DNA of 64,000 nucleotides, taken from NCBI GenBank assembly GCA_951406725.2, contig OX597820.1, forward strand, positions 60,822,001-60,886,000, read 5' to 3'. Below the pieces are notes generated by a model. The model had not been told where the DNA came from. It saw only the letters and a program-made list of their open reading frames with translations, and did not search any database. Below are positions 14,117 to 29,467 of the stretch, in pieces (within the stretch, counting starts at the first letter, position 1; each line of letters starts with the position of its first letter). The position numbers and the translations under genes were made by a program. This DNA is from Octopus vulgaris (taxonomy: Eukaryota).

Positions 14117-15052
14117 CATCATTTTTTCTTATTTTGCTAATATCACTGTCAACTGGTTAAATACAATAGGGAACGAAAACGAAAGTAAAGGATAATAATT
14201 TGCGAAACAACAACAATACGAACCAGTATAAAAACAGACGAGAACAATAACAACAATAAAAGCTTGAGAAACGCTACAAAACGGATGACAACAACAATGA
14301 CAATATCGTCATCACTCCAACAAGTTTAGCGATCGGAAAAATGAAAAAAAGTGGGCTGGTTCTATTATTCGTGGTCTTATCTGGTTACTTGTAGCCCCCT
14401 CAACTTCCGTCTTCCGTCACTGTTTACAGCAGGTGGTGGATAGAAATTGGGGTTGGGACGTGGTAATTGTAGACCTGTCTCCCCTACCCCCACATTAACC
14501 ATATTGTCACATGATGACTTGTTTTAACTGGCTCCCTTCTATATAGTCTTTGTACGCTCTCTTTTCTTCGACCTTCCTTTCTCACACTGTCTTCCTCTTT
14601 CGTTTCTTCCTTTTCTTTCTCTCCTATCACCATCTTTCTTTTCCTCTCTCTTTTAGCCCCCCTCTCTCCCACTTCTCTCTCTCCATATTTATCGTTACTC
14701 TCCCTTTCTCTCTTCTTTCTTGCTTCGTTCTTATATACGCGCGCACACACTCACTTTCTCTCTCTTTCTCTATTTTTTTCTATTACATTTACCCAGTTTA
14801 TCTCCCACTCCTTACTCTCTCTCACTCTCACTCCTACCTCTTTTACGCTTTCACTCATTCCTTCTCCCTTTCAAACACTCATTCACACACACTCTCTCTA
14901 TTTCCCCCTCCCTTCATCCTCCTCTGTTTCTCACACATTTATCTCTCTCATCACCCTCTCTCTTGTATTATCTCTTATACCTAGCTTTCTGAGTTATTTT
15001 TTTCTTCATTCTTCTCGGACTGTAATAAAATGATAACACACACACACACACG

Positions 15053-15106
<54 letters not shown>

Positions 15107-15269
15107 TACACACACACACACACACGCATGCATACACACACACACGCATGCACACACTAATTAACATTGGCACAAAGCCAGCAATTTTGAGGGGATGGGC
15201 ATAGCCGAGTCCGTTGACATATATACTTCACTGGTACTTTATTTATCGACCTCGAAGAGATGAAAGATA

Positions 15270-15380
15270 AATGATGATAATGATGACGACGACTACGACG
15301 GCGGCAACGACAACGACAACAACAACAATAATAATAATAACAATAATAATAATAACAACAACAACAACAGTAATAATAAC

Positions 15381-15461
<81 letters not shown>

Positions 15462-15483
15462 AATAATAATAATAATGATGATG

Positions 15484-15552
<69 letters not shown>
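15270..15552. repeat. (AAT)n/(GAT)n/(AAC)n trinucleotide tract
   Basis: Directly visible. Confidence 0.95.
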
Positions 15553-15553
<1 letters not shown>

Positions 15554-16382
15554 TAAAGGTTTCATCCTGGCTGCTCAAGATCAAAGCCTATTAACTCGGA
15601 ACTACCAGGCCAATGTGATGAAAAATGGAGCAGACCCAAAATGCCGATTCTGCAACGACATGATTGAAACAGTGGACCACCTAATCTCTGGATGTAAAGT
15701 CTTAACACCAGTGGAGTATAAATTAAGACATGACAGAGTTGGTCAATATCTCCACTGGCTAATAAGTCGGCATTACAATATCAAAACTGCCGACAAGTGG
15801 TATAATCACCACCCTGAGGCTGTAACTGAAGGAGAAAATGTAACCATTCTGTGGGACTTTCCAGTACATACAGACCGAACCATGAAGGCCAATAAACCAG
15901 ATATTGTTGTGAAAGACCAAAACAATAAAGTTTGCTTATTGATCGACATGAGCATCCCCTGTGATCATAATATCTCAGCGAAAGAGTTTGACAAGCTCAG
16001 AAAATATAAAGACCTACTCATTGAAATTGAGAAAATGTGGCATCTCAAGGCGGTTACAATACCAGTGATCGTAGGAGCACTAGGAATGATCAAGAAGGGA
16101 ACCGAAAATTATATGAGAATGATCCCTGGCTTACCATCCCTGCAAGAAGTGCAAAAGATTGTCTTAACTGGTACATCACACGTATTGAGAAGAGCATTGT
16201 CGATGTGAGAACTGTTGCTGCTCATTTATTTTAATTTTACTTTAGAAAAAAAAAAAAAAAATGAACGAACTACTGAGTTTGGTTTAATGGCCTACCAATG
16301 TATACTATGAGTTTCTTTGCCCTAGGAGTCGGGAAGACACTCGGCAAGAAATGATAGCAAATTTGAAAGAAGAAAAAAAAAA
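15553..16382 (+). mobile_element. 5'-truncated Dong/R4 retrotransposon with uninterrupted C-terminal ORF (to 16208)
   Basis: GFILAAQDQSL.TRNY, CCHC CRFCNDMIETVDHLISGC, RHD, KPDIVVKD, LIDMSIP, K..KY; A-rich tail; (AAT)n on both sides. Confidence 0.9.
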
Positions 16383-16403
16383 GTAATGATAATAATAATA
16401 ATA

Positions 16404-16946
16404 GTACCAGGCAGAGGCTCTCATGGCTTCTGATCTTAACTGATTGGAAGTGTTATCATGTACATTGTTCTGTCTTGGTATAAAAGATGGGCTACAGCAA
16501 ATATTCTGCTCAATACCACAGATTTGCTTGTCAGTTGTTTGACCTTAACCAGTTGAGCATGTCCCTTAGTGGCTGACGATATGTGCATCTCTGATCACGA
16601 GCAGAAATAGTGGGGTAGCATCATAGCCATGTGTTGAGAGGGATTCTTTGGCGTTTGAATAATTCACCTCTGGAGACATGGGTGGGTTTTTCAACATCCT
16701 TAAACAACCCTTATTCAGGGACCGTTTGAGCGGGATGGGCTACTCAACCTGAAGAAAATTCTAACTGGGCCCCACCTGCAAGGTCATGTGCAGTTTATCT
16801 TGATATGAGATCACCATGCCGCGCACATATGGTTGTGATGCATGTGCCTGGTGTGCCCTTATCAGACGGGTAGTCGTGATGGGTATATTGGGCTTCGTAT
16901 ATTTTACCCCAGTGTCACTTTGATGGCATGAACTGCTCTCTCACTC
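16404..16946 (+). repeat. Unclassified ~540-bp insert between (AAT)n tracts
   Basis: Complex sequence sharply bounded by (AAT)n on both sides; strand assumed from the 3' (AAT)n run. Confidence 0.45.
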
Positions 16947-17027
16947 AATAATAATAATAATAATAATGACTGAAACAAGTAAAAGAGAGTAATAATAATA
17001 ATAATGATGATGATGATGATAATGATG

Positions 17028-17330
17028 GTTTCAAATTTTGGCTCAAGGTTAGCAAGTTTAGAGGAAAGAGGTAATTCGATTACATCGGCCACAGTGTTCG
17101 ACTGGTACTTATTTTATAGAACCCTAAGGGTGAAGGGCAAAGTCAACCCCGGACGAAATGCCGCTAAGCATTTTGTCCGGCATAGCACGCCGGGCAAACT
17201 ACTTAGCAACATGTCGTCCGTCCTTTCGTTCTGAGTTCATATTCCGCCGAGGTCGACTTTGCCTTTCATCCTTTCGAGGTCAGTACATTAAATACCAGTG
17301 AAACACTGAGGTTGATGTAATCGACTTAAT
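17028..17330. mobile_element. Head-to-head inverted pair of SINE family C fragments
   Basis: 17028-17180 is a minus-strand copy and 17181-17330 a plus-strand copy. Confidence 0.7.
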
Positions 17331-17331
17331 T

Positions 17332-17363
<32 letters not shown>

Positions 17364-18119
17364 AATCATTATCATCGTTATTAATAATGATAGCCGAGGT
17401 CGAATTTCGAGGTCGATAAATTAAGTACAAGTTGCGTACGAGGGTCGATCTAATCAACTAGTCCCCTCCCCAGAAATTTCGGGCCTCGTACCTTGAGTAT
17501 AAGAGGATAATGTTGATAACCATCTGTGTATCATGTTTAATACAAATACGTCTTGAAAGGTAAATTATTGGTGACATTCGTTTGAAGATTATAGACACAC
17601 GATCTCCGGACGAATCCCGTAGTTGGACGTACTGCGTTTATAAACACAAATATGACGTCAGTAACAAGCGACAATCGTCCAGCAGAAACAGTAAAAATGC
17701 TTTGTCAATAGCTTATGCTCTCTACCAGCTATAAACTAAGGCAAACTCCGCCGCTATTGATTATAGATTGATTATAGGATAACAGTGACTGAAAAATCAC
17801 TGGTGTTGCTGCAATTAACCACCCGGCTAAATGAAATTTGTTATATGCAAATATGGAACAGAAGCAGTAGTAGATCAAAATAGCTATCTGTGTATCAATA
17901 GCAACAAAATCTACTGCTACTGATATTGGAAAACAATGATTGAAAAATCTGAAATGTTGCGATTAGCCGTCCTGATTGTTAAAAAAATTATCTTGGGCTT
18001 TGCTAAGATAGCTTACACAAAGAAAGAAATATGGTGTCCTAAAAATCTATACACACATCGAAGGACTATAAGTTTGGTGTTTATCAAAATATATTTAATT
18101 TTCAATATCTAATAGAATA

Positions 18120-18335
18120 AGTAGCGCGAATTGGCAGAATTGTTACCGCGCCGGGCAAAATATTTAGCGGCATTTCGTTCATTCTTCATTTTCTGAGTTC
18201 AAATTCCGCTGAGATCGACTTTGCCTTTCATCTTTTCGGGGTTGATAAAATAAGTATCAGCTGAGAACTGGGGTTAATATAATCGACTTACTCCCTCCCA
18301 TGAAATTTCAGGCCTTGTGCCAAAATTTGAAATTG
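18120..18335 (+). mobile_element. SINE family C
   Basis: TTCTGAGTTCAAATTCCGC..GA.TCGACTTTGCCTTTCATC core. Confidence 0.8.
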
Positions 18336-18369
18336 GTATTTCATAAAATCAGCAAAGTTTATCTTTTTT

Positions 18370-19100
18370 TATGAACGCATGTTTTCAGTCTGATGGCCAT
18401 TCTGATCCATGTACAACGCAATGCAGTGAAATTGCAAACACCAAGAAACAATTCCTTTGGTATTCTTGTGCATTCTCGTTCAATTGTTGCATTCAATTCG
18501 TCGATTACTGCTGTTTCCTTTTAACTTAAACTTTATATTTTCCTTATTCCCATAAAAGGACTCCAGTGGTTTGAAGTCCGGGCGTTATTCTACAGAAACT
18601 TTCCGTTCAATCAACTTGTTTGGCAAAAATCTCATCAAGTCAGGTCCTAATATTACTATGGTAATGTGCAGGTACCCCATCTTACTAGAAAAAAAAGACT
18701 CCATATCTTCAAAGCCATTTTGAATGAATGACAAGACAGAGGGAAAATGGGACCATTCATAGTACCGTCAAAAAAAAAAAGCATGATGCAATTAATCTTT
18801 TTGATTATAAGTCGCACCATACTGATGTCCCTCCGCAATATGCAGAATCTCAGGCCCCAGTAAGTGCAATTGTGGTGCTTAATCGAGCCTTTGTTTGAAA
18901 GTATGTCTAATGTACACATCTCACCAAGTATCACCGACAAAACTCTACTCTTCAGTACGGATCATCGTCATTGAGAGTATGAACTATTCATGTAATGTAA
19001 CGTTTCTAGTGACAGTGCTTCAAATTGTGACGGACGGTTGTATTTGAAATTCGACTCGCTTGCCACACAAATTTTCCTGAACTTTGACAATGCGTTTCTA
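18370..19100 (-). mobile_element. Degenerate mariner-like transposase remnant
   Basis: Minus strand FFFDGTMNG and PDFKPLESF (a decayed SPDLNPLDFFLWG-type motif) near 18555-18585. Confidence 0.55.
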
Positions 19101-19124
19101 GTGCTCATTGCTTTTTTCTCCGTT

Positions 19125-19155
<31 letters not shown>

Positions 19156-19194
19156 CATGTATGTATGTATGATTGATTGATTAAAAAACGGACA

Positions 19195-19548
19195 GAAAAG
19201 ACAAGAAATAACAACAGCGCAAGGACGTAGCACATGCAAAGTATTAATAAGACGCTCAAGGAAGGAAAGAGTGGTTGTTTTACGTTTCGAGCATAGCTCT
19301 TCTTAAGAAACAGGAGACAGGAAATTCCAAAAGAAAAAAATCGCCAACAGTCCGCGTAACTACACGTGGACTATTGGCGATTTGTTTCCTCCTTCTTAAT
19401 TTTCTTATGGATTTTCCTATGTCTCCTGTTTCCTAAGAAGAGCTATGCTCGAAACGTAAAACAGCCACTCTTTTTCCTTCTTTGAGCGTCTTATTAATAC
19501 TTTGCATGTGCTACGTCCTCGCGTTGTTGTTTTTTCTTGTCTTTTTTC
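19195..19548. mobile_element. Inverted (fold-back) pair of Penelope-like terminal repeats, each with a minimal hammerhead motif
   Basis: 19195-19357 is the reverse complement of 19365-19548; HHR-like motifs at 19275-19313 (-) and 19426-19464 (+). Confidence 0.75.
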
Positions 19549-19637
19549 TCCATTTTTTAATCATATACATAATTAATATATGCATACATACATACGTACA
19601 TATATATACATACACATATATATTTATATATACATAC

Positions 19638-19700
<63 letters not shown>

Positions 19701-19748
19701 TGTGCGTGTGAAGAAGGGCACTCAACAAATTTATTGGGAGTTATATGT

Positions 19749-19889
19749 ATGGATCAAAACAGTTTGGTACTTTGAGTCTCAAGCTAAACTTCGGCCATAG
19801 GAATTTGAATCAAATTCTTATGGTCGAATATTAGCATCACACCTGAAACTCAGAGTACCAAGGAGTTTGAACCAAACTGTTTTGATCCA
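19749..19889. repeat. ~140-bp palindromic MITE-like element
   Basis: TGGATCAAAACAGTTTGGT...ACCAAACTGTTTTGATCCA termini plus an inner palindrome TTCGGCCATAGGAATTTGA-A-TCAAATTCTTATGGTCGAA. Confidence 0.75.
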
Positions 19890-20001
19890 CACACACATAT
19901 ATACAGTATATGTATGTAAGCGTGTATGTATGTATGTATTAATGTGTGTATTAAAGAATTTGTTTCTTAAATAATTAATAATCGTTCTTTAAATATTGTG
20001 A

Positions 20002-20049
<48 letters not shown>

Positions 20050-20834
20050 CTGTGTGTGTGTGTGTATAATTTCGATACCTCACTACCTTCTATTGTGCGT
20101 TTGTGTGTGTGTGCAAGCATAGCTGAGCGGTTAAAATGGTAATTTCGTAACCATGCGGTAATATGTTCTAGCCAGTACATCATATCTCTGGTGAGTGTGT
20201 TTACCATAGCTTGAGTTGATTCAAGCGTTGTCAGTAAAGGTTTTGGGGGAAAATGGTTCAGAAACTCATCGAGTCGACTTTCTATTTCAAATCCAGACTC
20301 GTCAAATTGTATCACGCTACGTATTCCATTTCAACATTAAGCTAAGCGCTCATATGTCTGCGGAATACTCATCCATTTCACATGCCTATTCAATGATCGA
20401 ATAAGGAATACTCCTCGTCGAGTTTTTGCCTCATGAGGATTTGGTCGCCCCAGAATCTATAATAGAAAACATGCACCGATGGTGTCACGCAGTGGGCCTG
20501 AACCCAGAACGATGTGGTTTGGAAGTAAACTGTCACGCTTGCGCCTTCGGTTATATGAGCAAATTATCAAAGACCTCCCAACTATGACCATTCCATCTAA
20601 TTTTGTCATTGTATCTAGAAGAACATCATCAATCTTCATTTTTTTTCTTGACCGCTAAGGTGTGATTCAAGGGAGACTTTGCTGCTATTTCTTGCAAGCA
20701 AATCTCTATGACCACGTAGAGGCTTGCTCGATACCTCTTTCAAACATATAATTCATATTAATAGTAAACATTGAGATAATGCTTCCTTTCGACGTTCTAT
20801 TGACAAACTAATACTTGTTTTAATTGGTGCAAGT

Positions 20835-21090
20835 TATCAGTATTCTTTTTGCTTTGCAACCACGTGGTCCTAGGTTCAGTCTCACTCTGCAGCACCCAGA
20901 CAAGTGACTTCTACTATAACAGCAGGCCAACCAGTGCCTTTTGAGTGAATTTGATAGATGGAAACAGTGTGGAAACCTGTCGTCTAAATAAACCTGTGTG
21001 TGTGTTTGCATATGTGCTTTCTTCCCCATCATCACTTGACAACTAGTATTGGTTTATTTACATCCCCGTAACTTAGCGGTTCGATAAAAG
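20835..21090 (+). mobile_element. Degenerate SINE family A
   Basis: GCCTTTTGAGTGAATTTGATAGATGGAAAC and CCCCGTAACTTAGCGGTTCG match family A. Confidence 0.7.
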
Positions 21091-21339
21091 TACAAAGAAT
21101 GCAATGTTGATATATTTTTGTCAAAATAAATGAGCTTTGGTAAATCGAAAACTTTTTGAGTTTCCGAGAGTTACTGAAACTCATCAGGGAAGATTGTGAA
21201 CAAAAGTACTTAGATACTTATATGGTAAAGTTATGGAAAATAAGTTCGAATATTTCGTTTGTGTGTTAAACAGAGACTATTCGGTTGGTTTTAGAGTTAC
21301 CGACGAACTCAACTTAATTTGCAAAATCTCCGATTTTAT

Positions 21340-22480
21340 AAAAGCGTGTTGTTAGCTAGCACAGAAGGGGCCTATGTGTAGGTAGTTCTTGTTGATTTCA
21401 ACAAAGCTTTTGATTTCGTTTGATAGATGCCTGTTAAGTTCATATTTTTCATATTGTTTATGTTATGCATCTAAATGCCACCATTTCGTACAAATTAGAA
21501 ACTCGTTTAGTCAAATCTACATTGGCTTTCGTTAAGCTGTTTGTAGTGTCACCGCTACATATCACTAAACAGTTGATAATCACAAGGATATTGTACTTCC
21601 AATGCTGCTGCACTAGGATTGGGTGAAGGCTAATAAGCAAATCGCATGGCTTGATCATGTAGGTTGTATGAAAGTGGGAAACATCCAAACAAATCTAATG
21701 TAGAGAAAATATTAAATATCCACAATTGTCAGCAGACTAAACTTTATTCGTTTGTCTCTTGGTCGGACAAGCTAAAAAAAATTCTGAAACACATGCCGGT
21801 GAACATCGTATCCGGTGAACGTTAATATCCTGCAGTTCATATCTACTAAATCCTCATATTTTTTTTTTATAATTCCAATAGAACTTCTGAAATTGACAAT
21901 ATACTGTATTGAAACGTCGTCCTGCATCTGACAGATCAACTTATGTTACACTTCAAACAGCTCTTGGAATAGTTCAGATCTGGGTCAACATTATTACATA
22001 TATGTCCCCGTGTTGCAATCAAAGTATTCCTCCTTTGTCGATTATGGCTTTACTAAATTATGTCACATACCTCAAGATAACTCATTAAAGAATCTTAAGA
22101 TCACATATTTTACGGTGCTGTTGTTATGTACACAAACATCGCAGACTGCTTCAAAAGAAAACTACCCGTGTAACTTGCAAGGACCCACTCACTAACACAC
22201 CGACCCATTGACACAGTCCTCATTGTACCTCTTCTACTATGTGCGTATAAACACATTGGACTATGAATAACGTCATGATAGCACTCATGTATTTCTGAGA
22301 TGTTGCGTGTCGTCAGCTACGAATGCGAAATATGTCCTTCACAACTCTATAAGAACAACATTTCTTATAAGGCTATGAAGGACGGAAATCATGTATCTGA
22401 GAAGTACCCATCAACTAGTACATTCATTTAGGAGCATGTAAGTTAGTTGATGGCATAAACGAATTCCCAGTCAAAAGACG
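21340..22480 (+). mobile_element. Very old LINE (RT) remnant
   Basis: VLVDFNKAFDFV at ~21385-21420; the rest is too decayed to translate, so the extent is uncertain. Confidence 0.35.
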
Positions 22481-22587
22481 GATAACCATTGCTATTACAA
22501 GAAACTCCCCTCCTTTGAACTAGCTAGTGATATATTACATCTACTCAATCCCACCTGGTAAACCAATCTCTCATCCTGTTGTCAACC

Positions 22588-22974
22588 TTGAAGAAGCACT
22601 CCGTCGGTTACGACGACGAGGGTTACGGTTGATCCGAATCAACGGAACAGCCTGCTCGTGAAATTAACGTGTAAGTGGCTGAGCACTCCACAGACACGTA
22701 TACCCTTAACGTAGTTCTCGGGGATATTCAGCGTGACACAGAGAGTGACAAGGCCGGCACTTTGAAATACAGGTACAACAGAAACAGGAAGTAAGAGTGA
22801 GAGAAAGTTGTGGTGAAAGAGTACAGCAGGGATCACCACCATCCCCTGCCAGAGCCTCGTGGAGCTTTAGGTGTTTTCGCTCAATAAACTCACAACTCCC
22901 GGTCTGGGAATCGAAACCGCGATCCTATGACCGCGAGTCCGCTGCCCTAACCACTGGGCCATTGCGCCTCCACT
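22588..22974 (-). mobile_element. SINE family B, full length
   Basis: 11-bp TSD TGTTGTCAACC at 22577-22587 and 22975-22985; A/B boxes; near-identical to 9059-9444. Confidence 0.9.
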
Positions 22975-23238
22975 TGTTGTCAACCACAAGTATTTTGTAT
23001 GAGCCCCTCCCCCATACACTAACGCCATCTCTAATTCTCCCTTCTCTGAACGTTAACTCTCGGGTATTTTGTCCCGTCGAAAGAGTTTTCTGCAATCGTC
23101 GAGTTGCAGATTTTCTAGTTGAACATACAGCGAAATAATCTCGGACGCAGACATGAATGTGTGGCTATGAAGCTGACTTTTCAACTACATGCTTCTATTA
23201 TTGCCACAGTTTTCCTGAGTCACAGAAACTGTGTGGAA

Positions 23239-23471
23239 GGCGGCGAGCTTGCAAAAACGTTAGCACGCCGGGTAATGCTTAGCGTATTTCGTCTGCCAGT
23301 ACGTTCTGAGTTCAAATTCCACCGAGGTCGACTTTGCCTTTCAACCTTTCGGGGTCGATAAATTAAGTACCTGTTGTGGAATGGGGTCGATATAATCGAC
23401 TTAATCTGTTTGTCTGTCCTTGATTGTCCCCTCTGTGTGTAGCCCCTTGTGGGCAGTAAAGAAATAAGAAA
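23239..23471 (+). mobile_element. SINE family C, long variant
   Basis: Core plus TGTCCCCTCTGTGTGTAGCCCCTTGTGGGCAGTAAAGAAAT tail, as in 35783-35998 and 61290-61820. Confidence 0.85.
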
Positions 23472-24028
23472 TTGTATGGAAGATTGTCCTGTAAATAAAA
23501 ATGCATGTATACACACGTGTGTGTGTGTGTGTGCGTGTGCGGCCGCGCGCGTGTGTATGCGTATATGTATATATACACGTGTGTGTCTTTGTGTTTATCC
23601 TTATCTTCACCGCTTAACAACTGGTATAGGAAGGATTACATCCCAGTGGAAAACAGTGGGATAGGCAATTAAAAAAACATATCTGGGGAGGCCTGTGAAT
23701 ATCATAGGTTGACTAAACATTAACAACGACATTTTTAGTACGTAAAATACACATATACAGCTCCTAGAGGTATTTCTACTTATGTTTAATGTAATGAGAT
23801 ATTCCATGTCTAATGATTAATCAAAATGAGAATTAACATCAGAGATTATTAATAAAATACAAACGGAAGTGTGACCAAAATGTTACTGTGACAAGTATGT
23901 GCTTCTGTGTTCGAACCCGCTACGGGTGAGCAAGGCGTTCTCAGAGAAATAGAATAGATATCAACTGTAAGCTATGCATGTATGTATGTTTGCATGTATG
24001 TATGTATGTATGTATGTATGTATGCATG

Positions 24029-24219
24029 TGACCGCGTGTGTGTCGTTGGCGATTTTCTTTCTCCGTCTTCCCTTCTTTGGCCTTTTTCTATATTCCTGAC
24101 GAAGAGCTCCGCCCGAAATGTGATATCCTTTTTCTTTTCTTTCTTTTCCTGAGCGTCCAATAACAATGTACTTATTCCACTTCCTCACGTTTTTGTTTTT
24201 TCTTGCATGTTCATGTTTG

Positions 24220-24222
<3 letters not shown>
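24029..24222 (+). mobile_element. Penelope-like terminal-repeat fragment with hammerhead core
   Basis: CTGACGA (24096-24102)-A-GAGC tcc GCCC-GAAA; homologous to 10880-11090. Confidence 0.65.
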
Positions 24223-26680
<2,458 letters not shown>

Positions 26681-28094
26681 TTAGGGATCACGAAACAAAA
26701 ATAAAGGCGCCGAGGAGAACTGAGCGTATCTTCTATTAAGCCGCCAGGTTAGCGTCTTTATATTTACCACCAAAACAAGTTTTAAATTTTCTATTCACAG
26801 TTTAGGTACACCATCTTTACTTGCTAATGCTTTATTCGATTTTATCAATAGCCTTTTTTGTCAGTAACTTGCCATGCAGTAATAGGCTATTTATAGTAAT
26901 GACTAAAGTGTTAAGTCGTCCTAGTACTAATTCAATACACAACTCTAGAATTTACTTGAAAGAATTTTTATATACCATAACCAAGAGAGATCCTTAAGGT
27001 ATGAACAATATTTTTTTTTTTAAATTATAGTTTTGGCAAGCAAGTCGTATCTTTTGTTGTGGCTGAAGTTAGATTTTTTTGTGTTGGGAATTCGAGTGCA
27101 ATACGTTCTTTCCGGTTAATATTCTTATATACCTTTCGGGGAATATGTCAAGGATTCATTTCGCCAACTATACAATTCCTTATGGCTTTTATTTATTAAT
27201 GTCTTTGTGCAGTTGACTATATTATACGAAGGGCACGCCACTCCAAATTTGTCAACTTAAAGAGTTGTGTCCCCTACATTAAAATCTATATTTCTTTTCA
27301 TCCGGCTGCTCAAAATATTTTAATTTTATTAGAAAAATGCATACTTAAATACAGAAGCATATTCGATTACATAAAATATTCATTTATATCGAAACAAATT
27401 ATATGTAGTTTGTGAATGCATACATAAAGTGCATACATCATATTTTGCATACGACTGTTTAGATATTTCATCAAACTGACTTTTTGAGCTGCCTCACTTA
27501 AACACATTTAAGAATAAATATTATTCGTTCTACACCATTTCATCGTCATGAGGTTTGTTTTTTTGTTACCTTTTCTTTTTTCTAAATTGGCCGCATACAC
27601 CTCATATTATTACGTCATTGCAATAAACTTGTTAAAGAAACGCATTTCTCTGTTTATATATTAATGAATAACGTGGCTTTTACTTCGGAAAATTTTTAGC
27701 CTTTTGAGCAGTTATACAGCCGCGGTCAATTAGACTAATTATTGCCATGAAATAAGAAAATAAATTATATTTAATTTATTCTGTTGAAATTGCTATTGTT
27801 TACTGCTAGGTTGCCCCCAACAAAGTAGAACTATGATGTAAAACGCTCAAGCTATAGTCATGGATATTGCATCTTCTTTTTAATATTGTACCCTTATAAA
27901 ATATCATCTCATTATAATAGCAAAGTGAGATTTAGGAGAAATTTAGTTATCTTTTTAGCATGTAAGTGACCATGGAAAGGTTCCCTTATTGGCTCGTTTC
28001 TTCACATAATAATTCTATAATGTGCAACACGAAATTCATTCAAATTTCTGTAATAATAATCTCTCTATAAACTTACTGGACTCTGTGTGTGCAT

Positions 28095-28153
<59 letters not shown>

Positions 28154-28239
28154 CGAGTGCATGTGCGCATGTGCGCATGTGCACGTGTTGCATAAGTACA
28201 CCAACACACGCATACGATACGTACATGCATACATATATA

Positions 28240-28830
28240 CATGGTGCATCAGGTTTTTTTAGATCACCTCTTTCAAGAGTTTTTTGTTCTAACTTACTTT
28301 CTTTTTCTTACTTTTGAGATAAATTATGTCAGACATCATCATGTTCACTCATCAAATGAAAGGAACTCTGTAATCGATGCCATAAAAGTGCAGCTTAGTA
28401 TTACAGGGATTCAGAGATAGCTTTATGAAATTTGCCCAGTCCTTCGTTGTCAAAGTTCAAAAGGAGCTGATAGCTGCTGACTGGAATCCTACAATTGTAG
28501 CTAAACACAAAACGCATGCATATGATCTTAGTGTCACTAAAGCACAACTTTGCACAAAAAGCTCAAGAAATAATCGATAAAAAGTCCGGAAAGTCAATCA
28601 GAGCCATTTCAAAGTACCTCCCGGTTTTAGAATGAACCATCAGAGTTGTGCGTGAGAACATCCGGTACAAGTCGAAAGTGATGCGCATGGGTCAGTTTTT
28701 GTCGGATGTAACAAGAGAGAATCGTTCGATTCGTGCAAAGCGCTTGCTAGACAACTTAGAACGCCATGAGGCTGCAATGCATTAGTTTTACTTCGATGAA
28801 AAAAACTGCAATGAGGACCAAAAGGTAAAC
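28240..28830 (+). mobile_element. 5' half of a DD37D/maT-like mariner transposon
   Basis: TA then TIR-like CATGGTGCATCAGG; decayed EIIDKKSGKSIRAISK...VVRENIRYKSKVMRMGQFLS...RAKRLL...FYFDEKN..DQKVN. Confidence 0.75.
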
Positions 28831-29391
28831 CAAATAGTCGATACTCATTTTACCCCACTTTAGACATCAGTTTGAAAACTGAAAATTATCCAATTAGACA
28901 CTACTGTTGGAAAAAATTGACTTGGAATCCAACAGAGCAAAGAATATTAATTGTTAAACACAAAAAAATATCCAGATGTTTAATTAGTAACCTTAATTAC
29001 AATCGGATCAATGTTGAGGAAACAAGTTTTTGAAACAAAGTACTTGTTACCTGACCATGTTTCAAACTCTGTCAACGTCAACAGCAACAGCAACAATTAT
29101 GCTGACCAATTTTTATACCCAAAGATGATGCAGCAGAACAAAATGATGATGCAAAACTTGTAAAATAATGGTTTTAAACAGGCAAGGAGAAAATAACAAG
29201 GAATCAGAAATTACTCATTTTACCCTCACTTACTTTTGTCCACCACCATACATAAACAACACCTAATTAAAATTTAAATACCCGCAAACTGACGGAAACT
29301 TATATTTAATTTCTCACAGCAGAATGTGTGTGAGTGCGCGCGCATGTGTGCGTGTGTGCGCGCGTGTTTATTCATCCCACTAACTTGATAT

Positions 29392-29467
29392 TATGTACTC
29401 TATTCTTTCTTACTAGTAACTGAATATGTACTCTATTCTTTCTTACTAGTTACTGAATATGTACTAT
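29392..29467. repeat. 33-bp tandem duplication
   Basis: TATGTACTCTATTCTTTCTTACTAGT(A/T)ACTGAA twice plus a partial third unit. Confidence 0.85.

Noticed and set aside
14484-14992. Charged or hydrophobic ORFs
   Set aside because: Degenerate (CT)n pyrimidine tract.
21150-21190. CTGATGA plus hairpin on the minus strand
   Set aside because: The only GAAA is consumed by the stem and no UH or stem I can be built; at best a dead remnant.
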